Shown: piece by piece, positions 8,030-15,942 of the stretch | Numbering within the stretch: the first letter of the stretch is position 1 | Layout of the letters: each line of letters begins with the position of its first letter | Assembly: GCA_030700225.1 (NCBI GenBank) | Contig: JAUYJT010000030.1 | Coordinates: forward strand, 453-64,452 | DNA: 64,000 nt | DNA from: Candidatus Nanopelagicales bacterium | GTDB lineage: Bacteria; Actinomycetota; Actinomycetes; S36-B12; GCA-2699445 | Direction: 5' to 3' | The notes under the pieces: generated by a model | The model's input: only the letters and a program-made list of their open reading frames with translations | What the model was told of the DNA's origin: nothing | The model's database searches: none | Translations under genes and position numbers: made by a program

Positions 8030-8461
8030 TTAGGCCGAAGTTACGTGGGGTTGGGCGGGTGTTTCCCCTAGTGGGGCGGGGTTTTCCGGTTTTTCGTGGG
8101 GGTGGGTTCTGGCTACTTTCCCAGTACGAGGGGGATGGGTTGGCCGAGCAGGGCGAAGGCCCGCCGTTGGGTGGGGGTGGGGATGGCCAGGAGATCGAAT
8201 CCGGTGGTGTTGTTCCCGGCGATGCGTATGTGGTTTTGGGTCAGGGTCGCCAGGTGGGCCAGCAGGCCGTTGAAGCTTTGGGCGGGCAGGCCGTCGCCGG
8301 TGGTTTTGGTCGCGGCTTTGCGGTCGGCCGCCTCGGAGCGGCGCGCCGGGGCGACGGGGTTGTCGGGCTGGGGCCGGTGTTCGTCGGTGGGGCCACTTCA
8401 AGCTGGCATTCCCACCCCACTAGGGGAAACACCCGCCCAACCCCAGGTAACTTCGGTTTAG
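8030..8461 (-). mobile_element. internally deleted IS1634-like element (MITE-like remnant)
   Basis: 46-bp inverted repeats at 8035-8080 and 8411-8456 with 2 mismatches. Minus strand 8385-8113 reads DEHRPQPDNPVAPARRSEAADRKAATKTTGDGLPAQSFNGLLAHLATLTQNHIR...PTPTQRRAFALLG, which I recognise as an actinobacterial IS1634 transposase C-terminus. Confidence 0.7.
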
Positions 8462-8608
8462 AGCTAACGCGACTGGCTCGGACAGGCCAGGCTTACGGCG
8501 ACGTGCGGAGCGAAAGCCAAGCACCGCGCCGGAGGTCCGGCAGCGGCGGCGAAGCCGCCGCCTTGATCTTGTATAGGTCAATCCGGAAGTGTCAGTCCAA
8601 GAAGGGGG

Positions 8609-9565
8609 TCACGAGTCGCTATCCGGCCAGAGTTCCCGCCATCCAGATGGGAAGCCCATGGCTTCGTACGACACGGGACCTCCGACGGGAAACTGCGCCA
8701 AGAGGTCGATCATGCTGAGCTCCCAGTCAGGATTCCGTTCGATCGGTCGCAGCAGATGACGAAGGGCCAGGAGTGGCGCGTAGATCCGTGACTGGCCGTG
8801 CACAACGGCGCCGGAAGCAACGAGATGGTCAAAGTCTCGATCATCGCCCCTTGGAGGCACCGCTGGGCGACGATCCATATTGCGGTTCCAAAGCCGGGCG
8901 TGGTGGGCACACACGTTGCGTACATACGTCAGACAATGGAGCCATGAGGCTACAGTGCCTGGTTTGCTGATTCCGAAGCGACGAGCGATCTGCTCTCGAT
9001 CCGAGTACGTCAATCCGCCGTAGAGCCGCGACAGCCGGGCCAGGCTCATGAGCTCCACGGCCATCCATATCGGCAACCCGCCGTCATACTTGCGTCTGAA
9101 GTGCTGAACGAACTCCTCTTTCGACTGTTTGACGTCGCCAAGATACTTGATGTGCCAGTCGTCGTAGGCACCTCCAGCCACCTGCCGACGGGTGAAAGAC
9201 CGGTCCAGGCTGCTCCGGTGTAGATGCCCGTACCTATCCCGCTTCCCCAAGGTGTAGGCCACGCTGAACCGAAACCCGATCTCCATTCGTTCGATCGCGT
9301 CCATCACGGTGAGCTTCAACCGTCGGTCGAAGTCGTAGAGCGCCAGAACCTGGCTTTGGTGCGTTCCTTCCCGGAAGGTGTCCTCCACGACTCCACCAGA
9401 GCTGGTCCGAAACGGGTAGGTGTACCCAGTCAACCGGTAGTAGCCGATGGCCTGGATAGCGTGCGCGAGTTGCTCACGATCCTCGACTACCAAGCCGCGA
9501 GATTCGAGTCGTTCGATCTGCTGCTCTACGGACGTCCACTCCTTCTCGTAGACGACTCTGGTCAT
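8609..9565 (-). CDS. Abi family protein (Abi_2 / AbiD-AbiF-like HEPN RNase)
   Basis: SVEQQIERLESRGL, IGYYRLTGY, LY.FDRRL, LPIWMAVE.MS and the HEPN motif RNVCAH followed by RLWNR. Confidence 0.9.
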   Translation of the reverse strand: MTRVVYEKEWTSVEQQIERLESRGLVVEDREQLAHAIQAIGYYRLTGYTYPFRTSSGGVVEDTFREGTHQSQVLALYDFDRRLKLTVMDAIERMEIGFRFSVAYTLGKRDRYGHLHRSSLDRSFTRRQVAGGAYDDWHIKYLGDVKQSKEEFVQHFRRKYDGGLPIWMAVELMSLARLSRLYGGLTYSDREQIARRFGISKPGTVASWLHCLTYVRNVCAHHARLWNRNMDRRPAVPPRGDDRDFDHLVASGAVVHGQSRIYAPLLALRHLLRPIERNPDWELSMIDLLAQFPVGGPVSYEAMGFPSGWRELWPDSDS

Positions 9566-9574
9566 CGGGCCCCC

Positions 9575-9627
9575 TCACAAGAAAGCCGACCCTTACATCC
9601 GAGGATGCAGCGGGGCCGGGCTTGTTG
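9575..9627 (-). ncRNA. structured leader RNA upstream of the Abi gene (abiF-motif-like candidate)
   Basis: Minus strand AACAAGCCCGGCCCCGC-TGCATCCTCGGATGTA-AGGGTCGGCTTTCTTGTG folds as nested stems with G-U pairs that work on this strand. A -10 TACGCT at 9638-9633 places the start at the stem base. Confidence 0.5.
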
Positions 9628-9699
9628 CTATCAGCGTACCGCGGACACCCGACACGTCTCCAGGCAACACGGGAGGTGAGCCGGTCACTGTGAGCGGGG

Positions 9700-9819
9700 T
9701 CGCCCGCATCGCTCCGCGACTCGATCAATGCCGCGCTGATCAACCAGCACGCGCCCGCCCCGGCCGACCGTCGCATCGCCGACCAGTTGGACGCCCACGT
9801 GCGGGATCAGCGTCAGTAA
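9700..9819 (+). pseudogene. 3' remnant of a second tyrosine integrase
   Basis: 9721-9819 reads SINAALINQHAPAPADRRIADQLDAHVRDQRQ* versus SMTAALLYQHATARADRHIADQLDSQVRAARQR in the intact integrase. Lies about 30 bp from the tRNA 3' end. Confidence 0.8.
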
Positions 9820-9850
9820 CGGCGGGCCTGATTCACCAGGGAAGTCAGCC

Positions 9851-9924
9851 TGGAGCGGGTGACGGGAATCGAACCCGCACTGTCAGCTTGGGAAGCTGAT
9901 GTTCTGCCATTGAACTACACCCGC
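9851..9924 (-). tRNA. tRNA-Gly(CCC)
   Basis: GCGGGTGTAGTTCAATGGCAGAACATCAGCTTCCCAAGCTGACAGTGCGGGTTCGATTCCCGTCACCCGCTCCA: cloverleaf, CCC anticodon, encoded CCA. Confidence 0.97.
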
Positions 9925-9955
9925 GCGACGGCGCCCCCCGCGCCGCGGCTCAGCG

Positions 9956-12118
9956 TCAGCTGTACGTGCCCCCGGACTCGGCGAGCTCGACCAGCGACCG
10001 GGGCGGGGCGAACCTGGCGCCGTAGCGGGTAGCGAGCTCACGCGACCGCTCCACGAATCCGGCCGCACCGCCGACGTAGCCGTTGACGTACTGAAGCACG
10101 CCGCCGCTCCACGGAGGGAACCCGATGCCGAAGATGGACCCGATGTTGGCCTCGGCGACGCTGCGCAGAACGCCCTCGTCGCGGCACTTGATCGTCTCCA
10201 GCGCCTCGATGAACAGCATCCGCTCCTGCATGTCGATGAACGGGATCGTCTGCGCGCCCGCGTACACATCAACGAGCCCTGACCAAAGCCCCTGCCGGGC
10301 TCCCTCGACGTAGTCGTAGAAGCCAGCACCGGCGGCCCGGCCACCGCGTCCGAATTCGATGACCATCTGGTCGATCACGGGGAACGAGGGGTGATCGGGG
10401 AAGTCCACCCCCGCGTCCGCCGCGGCCTTGCTGGCTTCCATGCGGATGCTGCGCGCCAGGGTCAAGCTGACCTCATCGAGCAGAGCCAGGGGCCCCGTCG
10501 GGTAGCCAGCCTGCAGCGCGGCCTGTTCGATCGACGGCGCCGCCAGGCCCTCACCGAGCATCGCGGCGGCCTCGCCCAGGAACGTACCGATGACGCGACT
10601 GGTGAAGAACCCTCGGCTGTCGTTGACAACGATCGGTGTCTTCTTGATCTGCAAGGCGATGTCGATGGCCTTGGCGATCGTGGCGTCGGAGGTCTTCTCA
10701 CCGGCGATGATCTCCAGAAGCGGCATCTTGTCGACAGGGGAGAAGAAGTGCATCCCGATGAAGTCGGCCGGACGGCTGACCGCGCCCGCGAGCCCGGAGA
10801 TCGGCAAAGTGGACGTGTTGGACCCCAGGACCGCGTCCTCGGCCAGCACGGGCTCGATCTCGGCGTAGACCTTCCTCTTCAGGTCCGCGTCCTCGAATAC
10901 CGCCTCGATGAGCAGGTCGGCGCCCTTGGCGTCCTGCGGGTTGTCGGTCGCCACGATCCTGTCCAGGATCTGCGAACGTTGGTCCTGGGTCATCCGCCCG
11001 CGCGAGACGGCTTTGTCCAGGAGCTTGCGGCTGTAGTCCTTGCCCTTCTCGGCGGCTTCGAGGCTGACGTCTTTGAGGACGGCCTCGATGCCGTTGCGGG
11101 CGCACACGTACGCGATGCCGGCGCCCATCATGCCGGCGCCGATGATGGCGACCTTCGATGCGCGATGCTTGGGGATGCCAGCTGGGCGCAGGCCGCCCTT
11201 GGTGATGTGCTGCAGGTCGAAGAAGAACGCCTGGATCATGTTCTTGGACACCTGGCCGGTCGCCAGGTCCGCGAAGTACTGGGTCTCGATCTTCTGCGCG
11301 GTGCCGAAGTCAACCTGTGCGCCCTCAACCGCCGCGGCCATGATGTGGTGCGGAGCGGGCATCGGCGCGCCCTTGATCTGCTTGCGCAGGTTCGCCGGGA
11401 AAGCCGGCAGGACCGCCGCGAGCTTCGGGTTGGACGGAGTGCCGCCGGGGATCTTGTAACCCTTGACGTCCCAAGGCTGAGCCGCCTCGGGGTTGGCCTT
11501 GATCCACGCCTTGGCCGCGTTGAGCATCTCCTCGGGCGTCTCGACGAGTTCGTCGACGACTCCGACTTCGAGCGCCTGGGCGGGCTTGCGCCGCTGCCCT
11601 TGCAGGAGCACCTCCATCAGCGCCTTCTGCAGGCCGAACATCCGCACTGTGCGCGCGACTCCGCCGCCGCCTGGGAGCAGGCCCAGCGTGACTTCCGGCA
11701 GCCCGATCTCGCTGCCCTTGGTGTTCAACGCGACGCGGTGATGACAGGCCAGCGCGATCTCCAGTCCGCCGCCGAGGGCGGCGCCGTTGACCGCGGCGAC
11801 GACCGGGCGGCCCAGCGTCTCCAGGCGGCGCAGGTAGGACTTCAGGACATCGACGCCTTCTTCGAGGGCGGCGGCGTCCGCGGGTGTGGCCTGGATGAGC
11901 AGATGCAGGTCCCCGCCAGCGAAGAACGTCTTCTTCGCGCTGGTCAGGATCACGCCCGTGATCGACTCGCGTTCAGCCTCGAGCCTGGCCACCGTGGCGG
12001 CGAGGCTCGAAGTGAACGTGGCGTTCATCGTGTTGGCGCCCTGATCCGGGTCGTCCATGGTCAAGGTGACGATGCCGTCGGAATCTTGTTCCCACCGGAT
12101 CATGTTCTTCTCGGTCAT
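9956..12118 (-). CDS. fadB: fatty acid oxidation complex alpha subunit (enoyl-CoA hydratase / 3-hydroxyacyl-CoA dehydrogenase)
   Basis: Crotonase domain (GAALGGGLE, GLPEVTLGLLPG) plus GAGMMG, NTSTLPI and GMHFFSPVDKMPLLE. Confidence 0.93.
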   Translation of the reverse strand: MTEKNMIRWEQDSDGIVTLTMDDPDQGANTMNATFTSSLAATVARLEAERESITGVILTSAKKTFFAGGDLHLLIQATPADAAALEEGVDVLKSYLRRLETLGRPVVAAVNGAALGGGLEIALACHHRVALNTKGSEIGLPEVTLGLLPGGGGVARTVRMFGLQKALMEVLLQGQRRKPAQALEVGVVDELVETPEEMLNAAKAWIKANPEAAQPWDVKGYKIPGGTPSNPKLAAVLPAFPANLRKQIKGAPMPAPHHIMAAAVEGAQVDFGTAQKIETQYFADLATGQVSKNMIQAFFFDLQHITKGGLRPAGIPKHRASKVAIIGAGMMGAGIAYVCARNGIEAVLKDVSLEAAEKGKDYSRKLLDKAVSRGRMTQDQRSQILDRIVATDNPQDAKGADLLIEAVFEDADLKRKVYAEIEPVLAEDAVLGSNTSTLPISGLAGAVSRPADFIGMHFFSPVDKMPLLEIIAGEKTSDATIAKAIDIALQIKKTPIVVNDSRGFFTSRVIGTFLGEAAAMLGEGLAAPSIEQAALQAGYPTGPLALLDEVSLTLARSIRMEASKAAADAGVDFPDHPSFPVIDQMVIEFGRGGRAAGAGFYDYVEGARQGLWSGLVDVYAGAQTIPFIDMQERMLFIEALETIKCRDEGVLRSVAEANIGSIFGIGFPPWSGGVLQYVNGYVGGAAGFVERSRELATRYGARFAPPRSLVELAESGGTYS

Positions 12119-12144
12119 GTCTGTTCTCCTATCCGGTCCGGCCC

Positions 12145-13356
12145 TCAGAGTCTTTCGATGATGGTCGCTAGGCCCATGCCGCCGCCGATGCACAACGTCA
12201 CCAGCGCGTAGCGGCCTTGGGTCCGTTCAAGTTCGTCCAGTGCGGTGCCGAAGATCATCGCCCCCGTCGCGCCCAGCGGGTGGCCCATCGCGATCGCTCC
12301 ACCGTTGACGTTGACGTTCTCAAGCGGAACGCCCATCTCGCGCGACCACTTCAAGATGACCGCCGCGAAGGCTTCGTTCAGCTCCCACACGTCGATGTCG
12401 TCCACGCTCAGCCCAGCGGTCGCAAGAGCCTTGCGAGTCGCGGGCACCGGCCCGGTGAGCATGATCGTCGGCTCGGCTCCGGTGATCGCCGTGGCCACGA
12501 CCCGTGCGCGAGGCGTCAGCCCCAGGTCCTTACCCGCCCGCTCGCTGCCGACCAGAACCAGAGAGGATCCGTCGACGATCCCGGAGGAGTTTCCGGGAGT
12601 GTGAACGTGATTGATTGACTCAACCCAGTGGTACTTCTGCAGCGCCACGGCGTCGAACCCGCCCATAGCGCCCATGGCGGTGAAGGACGGCTTGAGCTTG
12701 GCGAGCATGTCCGCGGTCGTCTCGGGCCGCATGTGCTCGTCCTGCTCGGCAAGGATGACGCCGTTGCGGTCGCGGACCGGGATGACCGACTTGGCGAAGT
12801 GCCCGCCAGTCCAAGCTGCTGCTGCGCGCTGCTGCGACATCACGGCGTAAGCGTCGACGTCCTCGCGCGTGAAGCCTTCCATCGTGGCGATGAGGTCAGC
12901 GCTGATGCCCTGCGGAACGAAGTAGGTGTCGTAGGCGGTTTCGGGGTCCATCGCCCAAGCGCCGCCGTCCGACCCCATCGGCACGCGGCTCATGCACTCA
13001 ACCCCGCCAGCCAGGACCAGATCGTCCCACCCGGCCCGGACCTTCTGCGCCGCGATGTTGACCGCCTCCAGCGCGGAGCCGCAGAAGCGGTTGATCTGCG
13101 TGCCGCCGACCGTGTCGGGGTACCCGGCCGCGATGAGCGCGGTCTTGGCGATGTCCGCGCCCTGATCGCCCACCGGTGTGACGCAACCGAGCAACATGTC
13201 GTTGACTCGTTCGGGATCCAACTCGGGGTGGCGGGCCCGCAGTTCGTGGAGCAGTCCGACAACCAGCGAGACGGGCTTGACTCCGTGAAGCGAGCCCCCG
13301 GCCTTGCCCTTGCCCCTCGGAGTGCGGATCGCATCGTAGATGTACGCCTCGGTCAT
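12145..13356 (-). CDS. fadA: acetyl-CoA C-acyltransferase (thiolase)
   Basis: [26 protein letters not shown] and LCIGGGMG. Confidence 0.95.
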   Translation of the reverse strand: MTEAYIYDAIRTPRGKGKAGGSLHGVKPVSLVVGLLHELRARHPELDPERVNDMLLGCVTPVGDQGADIAKTALIAAGYPDTVGGTQINRFCGSALEAVNIAAQKVRAGWDDLVLAGGVECMSRVPMGSDGGAWAMDPETAYDTYFVPQGISADLIATMEGFTREDVDAYAVMSQQRAAAAWTGGHFAKSVIPVRDRNGVILAEQDEHMRPETTADMLAKLKPSFTAMGAMGGFDAVALQKYHWVESINHVHTPGNSSGIVDGSSLVLVGSERAGKDLGLTPRARVVATAITGAEPTIMLTGPVPATRKALATAGLSVDDIDVWELNEAFAAVILKWSREMGVPLENVNVNGGAIAMGHPLGATGAMIFGTALDELERTQGRYALVTLCIGGGMGLATIIERL

Positions 13357-13492
13357 CAGGACCACTCCCTTCTCAAGCAGCGCCTCCGAGCGACGGTCCC
13401 CCCGGACTGCTGCGTTGAATCAGCGTGTTACGTGATGGTACAAAGCCGGTCCGACAGCGGTTCGCACGGCATGCCCAACGGGTCGCGGGCAC

Positions 13493-13531
13493 GCCTTCCG
13501 CACCTTCCGCGCCTTCCGCGCCTTCCGCGCC
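13493..13531. repeat. 9-bp tandem repeat (GCCTTCCGC x4)
   Basis: Read directly; abuts the 111-bp palindromic element. Confidence 0.8.
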
Positions 13532-13641
13532 GCGGAAACGGCCGTTCCGAACAAACGCGACCGTTCGGGTACAGAAACGGGCGTTGCAACGGGCGCGTCC
13601 TTGCGTAACGGGTGCGTCTGTGCGGAACGGCCGTTTCTGCG
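13531..13641. repeat. 111-bp palindromic REP/MITE-like element, copy 1
   Basis: 35-bp imperfect terminal inverted arms (CGCGGAAACGGCCGTTCCG... / ...CGGAACGGCCGTTTCTGCG). Homologous to 15644-15754. Confidence 0.85.
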
Positions 13642-13710
13642 CGCGGGGCGTGCGCGCCGGGCGTCAGCGCCGTGGACGCCTAAACCCCGACCTCCTGAGG
13701 CACGTGGCCC

Positions 13711-14109
13711 TCATTGATGAAGATGCAGTTCCACTGGGGCGTCCGGGTACGCCTCAGCCAACCTCTGGTCCGAGGTGAGGAACGTCATTCTCCGCGTTCT
13801 GGACTGGGCGATCAGCATCCTGTCGAACGGGTCCTTGTGCGCACCCAGCTCGAGGCTGGAAACCTCGATGGCGTCGTCGGGGGTGATGTCCATGGGTCGA
13901 TAGTCCTTGGCCACCAGCTCTCCCCGCAGCACACGGGCGTCCACGTCCAGCTTGCCTAGGCGGTTCTTGACGACAATCTCCCAGATACTGGCGGCGCTGA
14001 ACCACAGTTCGTTCTCCGGGTTGAGCACCATCTGCCTTACGGCGATGGGCAACCTGGGGGAGTCGTCGGACACCCATAGAAGCAGGTGAGTGTCCAGCAG
14101 GTACCTCAC
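13711..14109 (-). CDS. vapC: VapC PIN-domain toxin
   Basis: YLLDTHLLLW, S..SIWE and HKDPFDRMLIAQ, LTSD. Confidence 0.92.
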   Translation of the reverse strand: MRYLLDTHLLLWVSDDSPRLPIAVRQMVLNPENELWFSAASIWEIVVKNRLGKLDVDARVLRGELVAKDYRPMDITPDDAIEVSSLELGAHKDPFDRMLIAQSRTRRMTFLTSDQRLAEAYPDAPVELHLHQ

Positions 14110-14366
14110 GTGGACTCCCCGAACATCTCCGCGACCTCGGGGTCCCCCAGATGCATGAGCTCCTCGGCGTCTTCCGGGTACTTCAACTTGCCCTTCATGA
14201 ACCCAATTCGGTAGGAGGCGGTTCGTTGCTCCTCGGCGTCAAGGGGGACGATCTTGACAAGTGGACGCCCCGACTTCGCGATGATGAACGGCTCTCCGAA
14301 CTCGATGGCACGAGCGATCAACTGGGAGAGATGGGTCTTCGCGTCGTGCATGTTGACGATCTGCAC
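14106..14366 (-). CDS. Phd/YefM family antitoxin
   Basis: VNMHDAKTHLSQLI...GEPFIIAKSGRPLVKIVP; GTGA overlap with vapC. Confidence 0.9.
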   Translation of the reverse strand: MQIVNMHDAKTHLSQLIARAIEFGEPFIIAKSGRPLVKIVPLDAEEQRTASYRIGFMKGKLKYPEDAEELMHLGDPEVAEMFGEST

Positions 14367-14380
14367 TGATCCTCCATGAC

Positions 14381-14408
14381 TAAACTAAGTGCTACCGGGC
14401 TTAGTTTA
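14381..14408. promoter_or_regulatory. operator palindrome of the phd-vapC operon
   Basis: TAAACTAAG-N10-CTTAGTTTA, a perfect 9-bp inverted repeat just upstream of the antitoxin. Confidence 0.7.
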
Positions 14409-14529
14409 CGCCTCCAAATGGCGTGGAGTACAGGTCGCGATGGACGCCACCTAGGACGCCATCGGGTTACCAGGCGATCGTCTCCAGCTTGAGGAGCGTC
14501 CCATTGGAATGCTCGTTGCGCGCTTGGCA

Positions 14530-14826
14530 CTATGCGGCGACGAACTCCGCGGACACGCTCTCGGTGCGCCAGCCATCCTCCAGGCCCGCCACCACAGCCG
14601 TGCGCACCAGTTCATCCGCTCGCGAAACGGCAGCCTGTGGGGATGCGGACTCCAGGGTCAGGTCAACCTCTAGCAGTCCCTCGCTCAAGGTCGACCCGAT
14701 CGGCCAATCAAGCAGGTCGTCGCGAACTGCCTCCAGCGCGGCCATGTGGTCCATCACTGCCGTGACGGCATCGTCGGTGAGCCCCTGCGCGCCTTGGACT
14801 CTGACGTGAGTGTGGGTGGCGATCAT
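14530..14826 (-). CDS. small acidic hypothetical protein (98 aa)
   Basis: Strong AAGGAGG RBS before the ATG; no family recognised. Confidence 0.6.
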   Translation of the reverse strand: MIATHTHVRVQGAQGLTDDAVTAVMDHMAALEAVRDDLLDWPIGSTLSEGLLEVDLTLESASPQAAVSRADELVRTAVVAGLEDGWRTESVSAEFVAA

Positions 14827-14917
14827 CGGCCAACCTCCTTCTCCCCCGCTCGTTGGGAGTCCCCCAGCATGGCTGCCGCTGGAACCAGCGCGTCACATTC
14901 AACAGTGTGCCTGACCG

Positions 14918-15322
14918 TCACCCCCGCAAGACCTCAACGCGATCGTCGATGCGGCGCCAGCGCTTGTCCGCCGTGTGGATCGAGTGGGCGCCGATCGCTC
15001 GGGCAGTGGCGATGACGAGTGCGTCTGGCAGGCGGATTGAGCTGTGTCGTGCTCGGATCGCCGCGGCCTCTCGCGCGATGACCCGGTCGAGAGGAACGAT
15101 CGAATCGACCAGCAGGTCCACGAACCGCTCCACCCGGTCCATCTCGGCCTGGCCGATTCGGGCAGCGCCGACCAGGGTCTCGGCGACCGCGCTGGCGGGA
15201 CTGTGGACCTGGGCCGCATCTCGTCTCAACTCATCCAGGAGTTGAAGCGCAGCGGCGTGGTGGCTGTCCTGGGGGTCGAGCAGTCCGAGGATCACACTCG
15301 TGTCGAGAACTACCGGTCCCAT
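14918..15322 (-). CDS. vapC: VapC PIN-domain toxin
   Basis: VVLDTSVILG, E.LVG, LPDALVIATA and HTAD..W. Confidence 0.88.
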   Translation of the reverse strand: MGPVVLDTSVILGLLDPQDSHHAAALQLLDELRRDAAQVHSPASAVAETLVGAARIGQAEMDRVERFVDLLVDSIVPLDRVIAREAAAIRARHSSIRLPDALVIATARAIGAHSIHTADKRWRRIDDRVEVLRG

Positions 15323-15582
15323 TCGTCACGCAACTCGTCCAGGCCCGTCGCGGCGGACAACCCGGGGAACTTGCCCAGGAACGGCTCCAAAGGGTCCGCG
15401 GCCCTGACGAGCAGGATGCGGCCCTCTGCTTGCGCCTCGACAACCAGTTCGTCGCCTGTAGCGACGTGCGCGGCCGCCAGTGCGGCGACGGGCAAGGTGA
15501 TCTGGTTCTTGCTCGACACCCGGGTAGTCCGAATGCGCTTGGCTCCAGGCGCAGTCCGCGTGCGCTTTACTTTGTCTCCCAT
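15310..15582 (-). CDS. AbrB/MazE/SpoVT family antitoxin
   Basis: TTRVSSKNQITLP.......V..GDEL.V......ILL. Overlaps the downstream vapC. Start trimmed to ATG 15582. Confidence 0.8.
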   Translation of the reverse strand: MGDKVKRTRTAPGAKRIRTTRVSSKNQITLPVAALAAAHVATGDELVVEAQAEGRILLVRAADPLEPFLGKFPGLSAATGLDELRDEWDR

Positions 15583-15643
15583 ACTGTAAAGGCTACGTCG
15601 GGGCCCGAGTACTGGCAAGCCGGAGGCGGGGCACCCTGGCGGT

Positions 15644-15754
15644 CGCGGAAGCGGCCGTTCCGCACAAACGCGACAGTTGGGGTACAGACGCGCCCGTTGC
15701 AACGCCCGTTTCCTTCCGCAACGGGTGCGTCTGTCGAGAGCGGCCGCTTCTGCG
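15644..15754. repeat. 111-bp palindromic REP/MITE-like element, copy 2
   Basis: Same length and flanks as 13531-13641. Central 15688-15711 is the exact reverse complement of 13575-13598. Confidence 0.85.
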
Positions 15755-15890
15755 CGCGGCCGACCGGGGCTGGGGGCGGCGGCGCACCGAGAGGGCCGGG
15801 GCCGAAGGGCGGAACCGGGCGCCCGCTGGCCCGTGTAGCGTAGGCCACGGCATAATGCGATACCAGATCGAAACTGCGGTTAGGGTGCAG

Positions 15891-15922
15891 ACGTGACGGT
15901 GGACAAAACGTGACTGTGGACA
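15891..15922 (+). promoter_or_regulatory. 15-bp direct repeat (period 17) upstream of the priming glycosyltransferase
   Basis: ACGTGACGGTGGACA at 15891 and ACGTGACTGTGGACA at 15908. CATAAT at 15851. Confidence 0.45.
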
Positions 15923-15942
15923 GAACAGGGGAAATTGGCTCA

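Larger units (their letters stand above)
3128..9884. mobile_element. decayed tandem integrative island(s) at the tRNA-Gly 3' end; left boundary uncertain
   Basis: Integrase, integrase remnant abutting the tRNA, duplicated tRNA 3' half at 6202-6264, and TA/Abi cargo. Confidence 0.65.

Noticed and set aside
8462-8600. Possible integron attC site
   Set aside because: No proper RYYYAAC/GTTRRRY pair, and the integrase lacks any IntI-specific feature I can recognise.
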